Part shown: positions 30,676 through 40,556 of the stretch, piece after piece
How positions within the stretch are numbered: position 1 is the first letter of the stretch
Layout of the letters: the number at the start of each line of letters is the position of its first letter
Source: Thermoanaerobaculia bacterium
GTDB lineage: Bacteria; Acidobacteriota; Thermoanaerobaculia; Multivoradales; Multivoraceae
Assembly (NCBI GenBank): GCA_963666565.1
Contig: OY762911.1
Location: 3,456,001-3,520,000 of the forward strand
Length of the DNA: 64,000 nucleotides
Direction: 5' to 3'
Program-made: the position numbers and the translations under genes
The notes under the pieces: model-generated
The model's input: only the letters and a program-made list of their open reading frames with translations
The model's database searches: none
What the model was told of the DNA's origin: nothing

Positions 30676-31836
30676 CTACCGGAGCGACCGGAGCGTCGCC
30701 GCCAGCGCCTCCAGATCCGCGCGGTCGTTGTACACCTGAGGCGCCACCCGGATCGCCTTGCCGCGAACGGAGACGAAGACCCCGGCTTGCCGCAGGGCCG
30801 CCGCCGTCTCGTCCACGTCGAGACCCCGGCGCGAGCGCAGGCCGAACAGGTGCGCGCCGCGCCAGGCCCGCTCCTCCAGGTCGAAGCCGGCCTCCCGGAA
30901 GACCTCCTCGAACGGCTCGACCAGGTGCTCGCAGTACTCCTGGACCCGGTCCGGCCCCCACTCGAGCACCATGTCGAGCGCGGCGTTCAGCATCGGCACC
31001 TGGATCTGGTTGCTCCGCTCGCCCACGTCGTAACGCAGCGCTCCCGGCCGGTAGGACTCCACGTACTCGATCCGGCCGGCGACGAAACGGTCGCTGCCTT
31101 CGCGCGCCGCCCACGGCTCCTCGAGCGGCACGCCGTCGTCGAAGCGCTCGCCGAACCAGGCCAGGCCGCTCTGGTACGGGCCGAACAGGGTCTTGTAGCC
31201 GGCGACGACCAGAGCGTCGGGCGCCACCTTCTCCACGTCGAACGGCAGCGCCCCGATCGACTGCGTGCCGTCGATCACGAAGGCGGCGCCCACCGCGCGG
31301 GCGCGCCGGCCGATCGCCGCCACGTCGAAGCGGGTGCCGTCCGCCCAGTGGACGACCGGCGTCGCCACGACCGCCGTCTTCCGGTCGATGGCGCGAAGCA
31401 GCCGCCGGTTCCAGGACGCTCCAGGAGTCGGCTTCCCCCTGGCGGAGCGCGCGACGACCCGGATCTCCGCGCCGCTCTCCCCCGCCTTCCGCATCCAGGA
31501 GTAGACGTTGCTCGGAAACTGGTCGCCCAGGACGACGATGTTCTGGCCGCACTCCACCGGCACGTTGCGGGCGGCGGTGGCGATCCCGTAGGACACCGCC
31601 GGGACGATCGCCACCCGCCGCGGCTCGGAACTCCCGATCAGCCGGGCGAAGCGCTCGCGCAGCGCGTCCGTCTCGGCGAAGAAGTCGTCGGCGACGATCT
31701 TCGACGGGTCCCGCCGGCGCGCCATCCCGCGCAGGCCGGCCTCTTCGACCTCGCGGGCGAGCGGCGCCATGTAGGCGCAGTTCAGGTAGTGAAGGCGCGG
31801 CGGCAGTTGAAACCGGTTGCGCTGGCAGGGGAGCAC
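30676..31836 (-). CDS. Aminotransferase class V (cysteine desulfurase/selenocysteine lyase-like)
   Basis: YLNCAYMAP, FPSN, IDGTQSIG, AGYK.LFGP, IRVAPQVYN. Confidence 0.85.
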   Translation of the reverse strand: MLPCQRNRFQLPPRLHYLNCAYMAPLAREVEEAGLRGMARRRDPSKIVADDFFAETDALRERFARLIGSSEPRRVAIVPAVSYGIATAARNVPVECGQNIVVLGDQFPSNVYSWMRKAGESGAEIRVVARSARGKPTPGASWNRRLLRAIDRKTAVVATPVVHWADGTRFDVAAIGRRARAVGAAFVIDGTQSIGALPFDVEKVAPDALVVAGYKTLFGPYQSGLAWFGERFDDGVPLEEPWAAREGSDRFVAGRIEYVESYRPGALRYDVGERSNQIQVPMLNAALDMVLEWGPDRVQEYCEHLVEPFEEVFREAGFDLEERAWRGAHLFGLRSRRGLDVDETAAALRQAGVFVSVRGKAIRVAPQVYNDRADLEALAATLRSLR

Positions 31837-31853
31837 GGTCCGGCGGTCCGCCC

Positions 31854-33170
31854 CTACGCCGCGGCCAGGGCCCGGTCGAGATCGCGGATCAGGTCGTCGA
31901 CCGTCTCGAGGCCGATCGAGAGCCGCACGACGTCCGGGCCGGCGCCGGCGGCTTCCCGCTGTTCGTCGGAGAGTTGCCGATGAGTCGTCGACGCCGGATG
32001 GATGATCAGCGAGCGGGCGTCGCCGACATTCGCCAGGTGCGAGAACAGCTCGCAGGTCTCGACGACCCTGACGCCCGCCTCGTAGCCGCCCCGGACGCCG
32101 AACGTGAACACCGCGCCCGCGCCGTTCGGCAGGTACTTCGCCGCAAGCTCCCGGTAGGGACTGTCCGGCAGGCCGGCGTGGGAGACCCACTCGACCTTCG
32201 GGTGCTCCGCCAGCCACTCGGCGACCGCCTGGGCGTTCCGGCAGTGGCGCTCCATGCGCAGGGCGAGGGTCTCCATCCCGAGCAACGTCAGGAAGGCGTT
32301 CATCGGCGCCATCGAAGCGCCCAGGTCCCGCAGGCCGACCGCGTGCGAGTGGACCGTGAACGCGAGGTCGCCGAACGTCTCGCTGAACTTCAGGCCATGG
32401 TAGGCGGGCTCCGGCGCCGAGAGGCCCGGGAAACGACCCGATGCCGTCCAGTCGAACCGGCCGCTGTCCACGACAGCGCCGCCGATCACGGTGCCGTTGC
32501 CCGAGAGGAACTTCGTCGCCGAATGGACGATCAGGTCGGCGCCCCACTCGAAGGGCCGGCAGAGCCACGGCGTGGCGAGCGTGTTGTCGACGATCAGCAA
32601 GGCGCCGGCGGCCCGCGTCAGCCCGGCCAGGGCCTCCAGGTCGGTGACCACGCCGCCCGGGTTCGCCAGACTCTCCACAAACAGCGCCTTGGCGCCCCGA
32701 GCCAGCACCGCCTCCACCGCGGAGAGGTCCTCCGTGTCGACGAAGTCGCACCGCCAGTCGAACTTCGGGAACGTCCGGCTGAACTGGGTTACCGACCCGC
32801 CGTAGAGCCGGTTCGACGCCGCGAACCGCTCGCCGGCCTCGATCAGCGGGAAGAACGCGAGGACCTGGGCGGCGTGCCCCGAGGCGGCGCAGGTTGCGCC
32901 CCGACCGCCCTCCAGGTTGGCGATGCGCTCCTCCAGCGCGGCGACGGTGGGGTTCCCGAGCCGGGAGTAGATGAAGCCGAAGGTCTGGAGATTGAACAGG
33001 GACGCGGCGTGGTCCGCGTCGTGGAACGCGTACGCCGAGGTCTGGTGAATGGGCGTCTGGCGCGAGCCCGAAACCGGATCCGGGCCGGCGCCGGCGTGGA
33101 TCATCCGGGTCTCGAAGCCCCAGTCCGGGTTCGGGCCGTTCTCCTGCCCCTGCGTTTCGTCCGTGCTCAT
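31854..33170 (-). CDS. metY: O-acetylhomoserine aminocarboxypropyltransferase
   Basis: PIHQTSAY, YSRLGNPT, VHSATKFL, NVGDARSLIIHPASTTH. Confidence 0.93.
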   Translation of the reverse strand: MSTDETQGQENGPNPDWGFETRMIHAGAGPDPVSGSRQTPIHQTSAYAFHDADHAASLFNLQTFGFIYSRLGNPTVAALEERIANLEGGRGATCAASGHAAQVLAFFPLIEAGERFAASNRLYGGSVTQFSRTFPKFDWRCDFVDTEDLSAVEAVLARGAKALFVESLANPGGVVTDLEALAGLTRAAGALLIVDNTLATPWLCRPFEWGADLIVHSATKFLSGNGTVIGGAVVDSGRFDWTASGRFPGLSAPEPAYHGLKFSETFGDLAFTVHSHAVGLRDLGASMAPMNAFLTLLGMETLALRMERHCRNAQAVAEWLAEHPKVEWVSHAGLPDSPYRELAAKYLPNGAGAVFTFGVRGGYEAGVRVVETCELFSHLANVGDARSLIIHPASTTHRQLSDEQREAAGAGPDVVRLSIGLETVDDLIRDLDRALAAA

Positions 33171-33195
33171 TCCGTCTCCCTAATGCGGGCGGCGC

Positions 33196-33720
33196 TCATG
33201 CGCCGCCGCGGTCAAGCGGCGCCCGACGGCGCCAGCGGCTGCTGATCACGCCGCTGTCGACGCCGCCCCAGCCCAGTTCGCCCGACAGCCGGCCGTACTC
33301 GATCTTCGGGCAACGGTCCATGATCACCGTGAGCCCGGCGGCCTCCGCCTCGGCGGCCGCCTCGTCGTTGCGCACGCCGAGCTGCATCCAGATCACCTGG
33401 ATTCCCTTCTCCTCGCGCAGCCGAATCGCCTCCCTGGTCGTCTCCAGGGCCGCGTCCGAGCCCCGAAAGACGTCGACCATCTCGACCGGCGCGGGAACCT
33501 CGGCCAGCGACGCGCAGGCCGGCTCGCCCAGGATGGGCGTCCCCGCCGCCGCGGCCCGGGGGTTCACCGGGACCACGCGGTAGCCCTTCTGCTGCAGGTA
33601 CTTCATCGCGAAGTTCGACGGCCGCTTCCAGTTCGGCGACGCGCCGACCATGGCGATCGTCCGCACGCGGCGGAGGATGCCGGCAATCAGGGCATCGCTG
33701 TAGCGGAGGGGCGCGGGCAC
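33196..33720 (-). CDS. CoA-binding protein (YccU-like)
   Basis: IAMVGAS, PVNP, MVDVFR, WMQLGV, MDRCPKIE. Confidence 0.9.
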   Translation of the reverse strand: MPAPLRYSDALIAGILRRVRTIAMVGASPNWKRPSNFAMKYLQQKGYRVVPVNPRAAAAGTPILGEPACASLAEVPAPVEMVDVFRGSDAALETTREAIRLREEKGIQVIWMQLGVRNDEAAAEAEAAGLTVIMDRCPKIEYGRLSGELGWGGVDSGVISSRWRRRAPLDRGGA

Positions 33721-33802
33721 GGGGCGGATACTAACGTCGGCGCGCCCGGAAAGGGGGTGCCTCGCATCCCCCGTTCGGCGTCATCGGTTGTAGTCTAGGA
33801 CC

Positions 33803-34816
33803 ATGGCTGGAGGTGCCGCTCAACCCGCTCTCGCGCCGCTCCATGAGCGCTCCGTCTCCGCGAGAGGCGCCGCCGGATCGGCCGCGCCTCGGCTCGACGC
33901 CGAGGGCCGGCCGCTCGACGTAGCTGACTTCCCCGGCTGCAAAACGGTCCAGATTCCACGGGAGAAGATCGAGGACCACGACGGCCGGGTCGAGTACTGG
34001 GACAGCCGGACGGAGACAGCGATGGTGGTCTGCGAGACGACTCTGTTCCACGAACGGCCATCGCAACGCCTGGCGCGGCTGGCCGAACGCATCGCCGCTT
34101 CGAGCGGGTCGCTGATCGAGACGTTCGGGACGACCGACCTGGTCCGCTTCTTCGCCGGCGGCACGACGAAGGTGCTCATGCAGGCGGACCAGATCGTCTA
34201 CGTCAACCCCCGGCCCGAGGTCGGCATGACGCCGAGGGTCGACGTCGACGGAGTCGATCTGCCGGATGTAGTCCTGGAGGTCGACTACTCCACCGATGCG
34301 CGGCGCGGCAAGCTGCCGCGCTACGAGGCCTGGGGCTTCCCGGAGCTCTGGATCGACGTACCCGACGAGCGGGCAGCGAGCCGACCGAAGTCGCGCCGTT
34401 CGGGGCTTGCGATCCACGTACTCGAGGACGGCCGCTTCAGGCTCGCGGCGAGCAGCCGGGCCTTTCCCGGCTGGACGGCGGAGGAGATCCACCGCTCCCT
34501 CAACGAGCATCCGCCCAGCGAGGAGACGTTCGCCGTGCTCCGGCGGGTAGGCCGCGCCCTGGGCACACAGGAAGGGACCGGCCCCGACGACGATCCGTGG
34601 TTGCGGTACGAGCGCGGCGAGAGTCGGGCGGAAGGCCGAGCGGAAGGCGTGGTCGCCGGCGTCGCGGCCGTGCTCGAGAGCCGCGGCATCCGGGTCGGTC
34701 CCGACCTCGCGGCGCGACTCGCGACGTCTGCCGGCGGCAAGCCGCCGGCCGAACTCGTGCGGGTGGCGCAGAACTGCGTCAGCGCCGACGATCTCCTGAA
34801 GCGCCTGCGGGACTGA
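33803..34816 (+). CDS. Uma2/DUF820-family PD-(D/E)xK endonuclease-like protein
   Basis: QAD...PDVVLEVD, K...Y...GFPELW, SRAFP. C-terminal RAEGRAEG tail. Confidence 0.8.
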   Translation: MAGGAAQPALAPLHERSVSARGAAGSAAPRLDAEGRPLDVADFPGCKTVQIPREKIEDHDGRVEYWDSRTETAMVVCETTLFHERPSQRLARLAERIAASSGSLIETFGTTDLVRFFAGGTTKVLMQADQIVYVNPRPEVGMTPRVDVDGVDLPDVVLEVDYSTDARRGKLPRYEAWGFPELWIDVPDERAASRPKSRRSGLAIHVLEDGRFRLAASSRAFPGWTAEEIHRSLNEHPPSEETFAVLRRVGRALGTQEGTGPDDDPWLRYERGESRAEGRAEGVVAGVAAVLESRGIRVGPDLAARLATSAGGKPPAELVRVAQNCVSADDLLKRLRD

Positions 34817-34896
34817 CCGGCCACAGGCCGCTGGCCGTGGAGCGCGAACCGCGGAGGACGCGTCCGGGATGCCCGGGACCCCTCGGGCGCCGCGGC

Positions 34897-36063
34897 CTAC
34901 CGCGGCGGATGCCGGGCCAGCGCCTCCTCGTCCGGCTCCGTGCCCCAGCCCGGCGTCTCCGGGACGATCAGGCAGCCGTCCTCGAACTCCGGCTCGACCG
35001 TGAAGATCTCGCCGTCCCAAGGCAGCCGGTCGATGTCCGTCTCCATGATCCGCAGGTTGGGCACGGCCGCGCTCATGTGGGCGTTCATCATCGTCGCGAG
35101 GTGGCCGTAGTAGTTGTGCGGCGCCACGTTCACCTCGTGGGCGTTGGCCAGGGCGGCGATCTTCAGCGACTGCCAGACGCCGTTCCACACCGCGTCGATG
35201 ATCGCCACGTCCACCGCCTGGTTGCGCAGAAACGGCAGGAAGGCGGCGGGCGTGATCAGGGTTTCGCAGGAGCTGATCGGGTGCTGGCTGCACCGCCGTA
35301 CGGTCGCCAGGCCTTCCGGCGACGGCGTGTCGATCTCGATCCAGAAGAGATCCAGGTCGGCGAGCGCCCGAACGATCCGGCAGTAGCCCTCGATCTTCGC
35401 GTTGAAGTTCAGGTCGAGCAGGATGTCCATGTCCTCGCCGGCGCCCTCGCGCAGCGCTTCGAGGTGGCGCCGGAGCTCCCGGATCGTCCGGCGTTCCACG
35501 TTCTGGCCCGGCTCGAACGGCCGGCCGAAGCCGGGCGCCCAGCCACGCGGTGCGCCGCTCGAGTAATCGAAGACGTTCGTCTTGAGCGCCTTGAAGCCCC
35601 GTTCGCGGACCTCCGCGCCGAGGGCGATCACGCCATCGATGTCCGTAATCGCGTTCCCGTAGTACTGGGGCAGCCCGATCCGCCAGGTCCCGCAGTGCGA
35701 CCAGTACACCGGCACTCGGTCCCGCACCCGGCCGCCGAGCAGGTCGCAGCAGGGGACGCCCAGCGACTTCGCCCATGCGTCGAGCACCGCATTCTCGATC
35801 GCTCCGATCCCCATCGCCATGACGCCGGACATCGACTGGCGGGCCCGGACCAGGAGCCGCTGATGGATCCGCTCCACGTCCCGGACCCGTTCGCCCACGA
35901 CCCGCTCCGCCAGCCGCTCGATCACGGTGGTCACGCCGACGGCGCCCTGGTGCTCGTCGTACTCGCTCCAGCCGACGATGCCGTCCTCGGTCACGAGCCG
36001 GACGAAGTGGTAGTTCCGCCAACCCGCGTCGCAGTGGCGGGTCTCGATGCGGGCGATCTTCAT
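34897..36063 (-). CDS. Mandelate racemase/galactonate dehydratase-like enolase-superfamily protein
   Basis: GFKALKTN, LLDLN, FWIE, APHN, PGWG. Confidence 0.88.
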   Translation of the reverse strand: MKIARIETRHCDAGWRNYHFVRLVTEDGIVGWSEYDEHQGAVGVTTVIERLAERVVGERVRDVERIHQRLLVRARQSMSGVMAMGIGAIENAVLDAWAKSLGVPCCDLLGGRVRDRVPVYWSHCGTWRIGLPQYYGNAITDIDGVIALGAEVRERGFKALKTNVFDYSSGAPRGWAPGFGRPFEPGQNVERRTIRELRRHLEALREGAGEDMDILLDLNFNAKIEGYCRIVRALADLDLFWIEIDTPSPEGLATVRRCSQHPISSCETLITPAAFLPFLRNQAVDVAIIDAVWNGVWQSLKIAALANAHEVNVAPHNYYGHLATMMNAHMSAAVPNLRIMETDIDRLPWDGEIFTVEPEFEDGCLIVPETPGWGTEPDEEALARHPPR

Positions 36064-36136
36064 GGGGCGTTCCTCCAGCGGGCGGAGCTTCCGGGCAGGC
36101 CGGCGTCGCGGCGCCCGGTCTCGATGTGGGCCCCGT

Positions 36137-37330
36137 TCACGGGGCGTTCCTTTCCCGGCCATCGCGTGGGCTCTCGGCCAGCCAGTCGCCGACCACCTGC
36201 TCCGTGTCCTGCCCCAGGGGAGGGTTCGGCCGGAGCGGCCCGGACGGCCGTCCGTCGAAGCGAACCGGACTGGTCGGCAGTCCGATCTCGCCCAGTACCG
36301 GATGGTCGACCGTCTCGAAGAAGCCGCGCTCGCGGAGATGCGGGTCGGAGTCGACCTCGGCCAGGTCGCGGACCGGCGCGCATGGGACGCGGTACGAACG
36401 CGCCGCCTCGTCGATCTCCGCGCGGGTGCGACCCGCGGTCCACTCCGCGACCAGCGCTTCCGTCTCGTCCCGATGGGCGACGCGGGCTTCGTTGCTCCGG
36501 AAACGGGGATCGGAGATCAGGTCCTCCCGCCCCATCGCCCGCAGCAGGTTCCGCCAGTGGCGCTCGGTGATGCAGATGACGGCAACGTGGCCGTCACTGC
36601 AGGGATACACGCTGTAGGGCGAGACCCGGCCGTGCCGGTTGCCGGCCCGTCCGGGGAGCCTCCCGTCGTGGTGCATCAGGCCGAGCTGCGAGAGCAGGGT
36701 CGGATAGGCCGCCTCCTGCATCGCCACCTCCACGAGCCGGCCGGTCCCCGTCCGCTCCCGTTCGTAGAGCGCACCGACGACGCCTGCGTACAGGTGCGTT
36801 CCGCCCAGGAAGTCGATGAACGCCGGTCCCGCCTTGAGCGGATCGCCTCCTGCTTCGCCGGTGATGCTCATCACACCCGCCCAGGCCTGCACCGTGATGT
36901 CCATGCCCAGCCGCTCGGAGTCCGGGCCGCTCAGGCCGTAGGCGGTGCCCGAGGCGTAGATGAGCCTCGGGTTCAGTTCGCGGAGCGCCTTCCAGCCGAC
37001 GCCCAGACGGTCCATCACGCCCGGCGCGAAGTTCTCGATCAGCACGTCGGCGACGCCGGCCAGCCCACGCAGCAGGTCCCGCCCCTCCTCGTCCTTCAGG
37101 TCGCAGACGACGGACCGCTTGTTCGTGTTCAGGAACGCGAGCGGAAACGACGGCGGCGCGCCGCGGGCCTCACGGCGCCGGAGCGGCTCTCCGAGCGGCG
37201 GCTCGACCTTCACCACGTCCGCCCCGGCCTGGGCGAGCAGAAAGCCGGCGTACGGGCCCTGGTAGACCTGCCCGAGGTCGAGGACGCGCACCCCGGCAAG
37301 GGGTCGCGGCGCCTCGCCTGGAGAGGTCAA
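36137..37330 (-). CDS. CaiB/BaiF family III CoA-transferase
   Basis: PLAGVRVLDL, GADVVKVEPP, NTNKRS, ENFAPG. Confidence 0.9.
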   Translation of the reverse strand: MTSPGEAPRPLAGVRVLDLGQVYQGPYAGFLLAQAGADVVKVEPPLGEPLRRREARGAPPSFPLAFLNTNKRSVVCDLKDEEGRDLLRGLAGVADVLIENFAPGVMDRLGVGWKALRELNPRLIYASGTAYGLSGPDSERLGMDITVQAWAGVMSITGEAGGDPLKAGPAFIDFLGGTHLYAGVVGALYERERTGTGRLVEVAMQEAAYPTLLSQLGLMHHDGRLPGRAGNRHGRVSPYSVYPCSDGHVAVICITERHWRNLLRAMGREDLISDPRFRSNEARVAHRDETEALVAEWTAGRTRAEIDEAARSYRVPCAPVRDLAEVDSDPHLRERGFFETVDHPVLGEIGLPTSPVRFDGRPSGPLRPNPPLGQDTEQVVGDWLAESPRDGRERNAP

Positions 37331-37455
37331 TGGAACGAACCTCCGATGACGTCGCGGGCGACAACGAGTCGCTGGCATCCGGCTCGCGGCCCTTCGCCGG
37401 GCGAATTCAATGGAACGAACCCCCGATGACGTCGCGGGCCACGATGAGTCGCTGG
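37304..37455. repeat. Diverged 80-bp tandem duplication of the ACAD 3' end/CoA-transferase start junction
   Basis: 37304-37375 and 37384-37455 align with period 80. Confidence 0.9.
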
Positions 37456-38573
37456 ATCTCGTTCGGCCCCTCGCCCACGCGCCGGATGCGGAGTTCGCGG
37501 TACCAGCGTTCCAGCGGCAGGTCCTTCGTCATCCCGTAGCCGCCGTGGATCTGCATCGCCCGGTCGACGACGCGGCTGGCGCCCTCGCTCGCCACCAGCT
37601 TGCAGATCGCTGCCTCGGTGCGAAACGGCTTGCCGGCATCGGCGCGGGCCGCGGCCTCCAGGGTCAGCGCCCGGGCCGTGCGCAGGTCGATCTCGTTGTC
37701 GACGATCATCCACTGCACCGCCTGGCGGGTCGAGAGGTAGTCGCCGAAGGTCTTGCGCGTCTTGGCGTAGGCGATCGCCATCTCCTGGGCCTTGAGCGCG
37801 ACGCCGACGCAGCCGGCCGCGTACGGGATCCGGTTGCGGCTCAGACGGTCGTTGGCGATGGCGAAACCCTGGTTCACCTCGCCGAGCACGTTGCGGCCGG
37901 GCACCCGCACCCGGTTGAACTCGAGCTCCGCGGCGTAGTGCGTGGAACGCAGGGTGTGAACGATGCGCCGCACCCGGAAGCCGGGCATGTCCGTGTCGAC
38001 CAGGAAGCAGGTGATCCCCTTGCGGCCCAGTTCCGGGTCGGTGCGTGCGAAGACGATGCCGAAGTCCGCCTTGTCGGCGCCGCTGATGAACGTCTTCTCG
38101 CCGTCAAGGATCCAGTCGTCGCCGTCGCGGACCGCCGTGGTGCGAATGGCGCGAGCCGGGTCGCTGCCGCCGGAGGGCTCGGTGAGAGCGAAGAAGCCGC
38201 GCTTCTCGCCCCGCAGGACCGGATGGAGGTAGCGCTCCTTCTGGTCGTCGTCCGCCTCGTACAACTGGGCCAGGCCGGCGCCGCCGAATACGCCGTAGCA
38301 GGGCGCGTAGAGGCCAGCCCGGTGCTGGGCCATCTCGAACGCCATCAACGTCCTGGTGACGAGGTCGATGCCCGGACCGCCGTACTCCTCCGGAATGTCG
38401 AGTCCGTAGAAGCCGAGTTCCTTCGTCATCGCGACCAGGCGTTCGCGGTGATGCGCCGGCAGTTCGCTAGCGTCCGGGTCGAGGTCCGCCTCCAGAGGCA
38501 GAATCTCCTCGCGCACGAAGCGGCGCACGGTCTCCAGGATCAGCTTCTGTTCGGGACTGGGTTCGAAGTCCAT
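37407..38573 (-). CDS. Acyl-CoA dehydrogenase
   Basis: FALTEPSGGSD, GEKTFIS, QIHGGYG, GEGPNEIQR. Confidence 0.93.
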   Translation of the reverse strand: MDFEPSPEQKLILETVRRFVREEILPLEADLDPDASELPAHHRERLVAMTKELGFYGLDIPEEYGGPGIDLVTRTLMAFEMAQHRAGLYAPCYGVFGGAGLAQLYEADDDQKERYLHPVLRGEKRGFFALTEPSGGSDPARAIRTTAVRDGDDWILDGEKTFISGADKADFGIVFARTDPELGRKGITCFLVDTDMPGFRVRRIVHTLRSTHYAAELEFNRVRVPGRNVLGEVNQGFAIANDRLSRNRIPYAAGCVGVALKAQEMAIAYAKTRKTFGDYLSTRQAVQWMIVDNEIDLRTARALTLEAAARADAGKPFRTEAAICKLVASEGASRVVDRAMQIHGGYGMTKDLPLERWYRELRIRRVGEGPNEIQRLIVARDVIGGSFH

Positions 38574-38577
38574 CGGC

Positions 38578-38925
38578 TCAGCTCCCCGCGGCGGCGATCC
38601 GGCCGACGCGCCGGCCGCCCCGGTTCTCCGCATTGGCGGCCGGTAGTTCTCCATGGTCGGCGACGTACACCGCAAGCAGCTCCTCGAAGCGGCTCCAGTA
38701 CTGCATCGTCACCTCGTAGCGGAAGCGCGCCGCTCGCTCGTGCTTCGCCGCCGCCTCGGCGATCGCGCTCCGCAGCCCGAAGCGCGACCGGCCGCCGGCA
38801 AAGCCGAGTTCCAGCGTGCCGCCTTGGGCGTCTCCGATCTCGTAGACGCCCAACTGGCCGGGCAGTGCGGCGATCGCCGCCTCGTCCAGGTCCAGCCAGG
38901 GCTTGGTCAGCCGAAGGCCGCTCAT
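38578..38925 (-). CDS. Small protein with degenerate GIY-YIG-like N-terminus
   Basis: LPGQLGVYEIGD..G.TLELGFAG resembles UvrC-type LPxxPGVY...G..LYVG. Confidence 0.6.
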   Translation of the reverse strand: MSGLRLTKPWLDLDEAAIAALPGQLGVYEIGDAQGGTLELGFAGGRSRFGLRSAIAEAAAKHERAARFRYEVTMQYWSRFEELLAVYVADHGELPAANAENRGGRRVGRIAAAGS

Positions 38926-38956
38926 GCCGTTGGCGTGGAACTGAACGGCCAAGCGG

Positions 38957-39095
38957 AACCGGCCTCGCGACCGGCGTGTCCTCCTGGCCGCCTTCGGCGG
39001 CAGCGGGTCGGGCACCCGGGTGGCGCGTTCCGCGCCACCCGTGAACCGGTCCGTGCGACCGCCGTAGGGCGCACGGATGGCAGACCCGCGCACCC
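38957..39095. repeat. Composite REP/MITE-like element, copy A
   Basis: Aligns with 41795-41934. Nested hairpins; ends in AGACCCGCGCACCC. Confidence 0.65.
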
Positions 39096-39187
39096 GGCAG
39101 GCGCCCGGCTCGCCGCGCGCCAGCGCCCCGATTCCGCAGCGTCGACTCCGATGGGCATCGGCGGATCGTATCCCTTGCTGTGTCACA

Positions 39188-40483
39188 ATGCGCGCCGCTC
39201 TGTCTGACCAGCCCTCCCCTCCCGACGCCGGCGTTGCCGGCGCCACGACTTCCGGCGCCGCGGCCGACGCGGCATTGCTGGACGGGATCCGCGTCGTCGA
39301 ACTCGCCACGATCGTGATGGCGCCGTCCGCCTGCGCGATCCTCTCCGACTTCGGGGCCGAGGTGATCAAGATCGAGGCGCCCGGCAGGGGCGACATCTAC
39401 AGGTACTTCCAGGACCTGCCCGGGATGCCGGACTCGGAGATCCCCTACTGCTTCCTGCTCGACGACCGGAACAAGAAGAGCGTCGTGATCGACCTCAAGC
39501 GGGAGAGCGGCCAGGCCGTCGCGCACCGGCTGGTCGAGACGGCGGACGTCTTCCTGACGAACTGCCACAACTCCGTGCTCGAGGCTCTGGGCATGACCTG
39601 GGACCGGCTGCGGGAGCTCAACCCGCGGCTGATCTTCGCCCACGGCACCGGCTACGGCCACACCGGCCCCGAGGCCGAGAAGCCCGGCTACGACCAGGTC
39701 TGCTACTGGACCCGTTCCGGGCTCGTCGCGACGTTCACGCCGATCGACGGCCATCTCGGACCGCTCGGTTGCGGCACCGGCGACCATCCAACCGGCGTCA
39801 CGCTCTTCTCGGCGGTGCTCGCCGGTCTGCTGAAGCGGGAACGGACGGGCATCGGTTCGTACGTCACGACCTCGCTGCTCGCGGCCGGGGCATGGGCCAA
39901 TGCCTGCGCCATCCAGGCGAAGCTGGTCGGCGCGGAGTTCCACGAGAAGCGTCCCCGCGAACGCACGATGAACTTCGGTCAGCTCTACTACCGCACCCGC
40001 GACGACCGCCTGGTCAAGCTGAGCATCGTCGAACAGGATCGGGACTGGGAGCGCTTCTGCCTCGCTCTGGGCCGGGACGATCTGATCGACGACGAACGCT
40101 TCCGCACTACGCCGGAACGGATCGCGAACATGCCGGAGTTCGTCGCCCTGCTCGACGCGGAGTTCGCGCGGCGAGACTTCGAGGACTGGAGCGAGCGCTT
40201 CACTCGCCACGAGATTCCCTACAGCCTCGTCTCGAACCTCGACGACATCGTCGCCGACGAGCAGTTGGAGGCCATCGGCATGTTCCGCGACCTGGACCAC
40301 CCCCGGTACGGCCGCCTGCGCACCGTCGACAGCCCCGTGTTCATCGAGGGAGAGGACAAGGCGCAACCCCGACCGGCGCCGGAACTCGGCGAGCACACCG
40401 GCGATCTTCTGCGCGAACTCGGCCTCGACGCCTCGGAGATCGCCAGCCTGGCCGATCGGGGCGTCGTCTCGGGCCGGCTCTGA
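39188..40483 (+). CDS. CaiB/BaiF family III CoA-transferase
   Basis: LLDGIRVVEL, GAEVIKIE, RNKKS, PGYD. Start uncertain. Confidence 0.9.
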   Translation: MRAALSDQPSPPDAGVAGATTSGAAADAALLDGIRVVELATIVMAPSACAILSDFGAEVIKIEAPGRGDIYRYFQDLPGMPDSEIPYCFLLDDRNKKSVVIDLKRESGQAVAHRLVETADVFLTNCHNSVLEALGMTWDRLRELNPRLIFAHGTGYGHTGPEAEKPGYDQVCYWTRSGLVATFTPIDGHLGPLGCGTGDHPTGVTLFSAVLAGLLKRERTGIGSYVTTSLLAAGAWANACAIQAKLVGAEFHEKRPRERTMNFGQLYYRTRDDRLVKLSIVEQDRDWERFCLALGRDDLIDDERFRTTPERIANMPEFVALLDAEFARRDFEDWSERFTRHEIPYSLVSNLDDIVADEQLEAIGMFRDLDHPRYGRLRTVDSPVFIEGEDKAQPRPAPELGEHTGDLLRELGLDASEIASLADRGVVSGRL

Positions 40484-40556
40484 ACCGTCCGGCGATCCCG
40501 CATACAATCCCCGCTCAGCCCCACCGCACACCGCACTGCCGCCCAGGAGACGCCCC

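Noticed and set aside
38922-39158. 78-aa ORF upstream of the GIY-YIG-like gene
   Set aside because: Lies across the composite repeat element and has no protein-like features.
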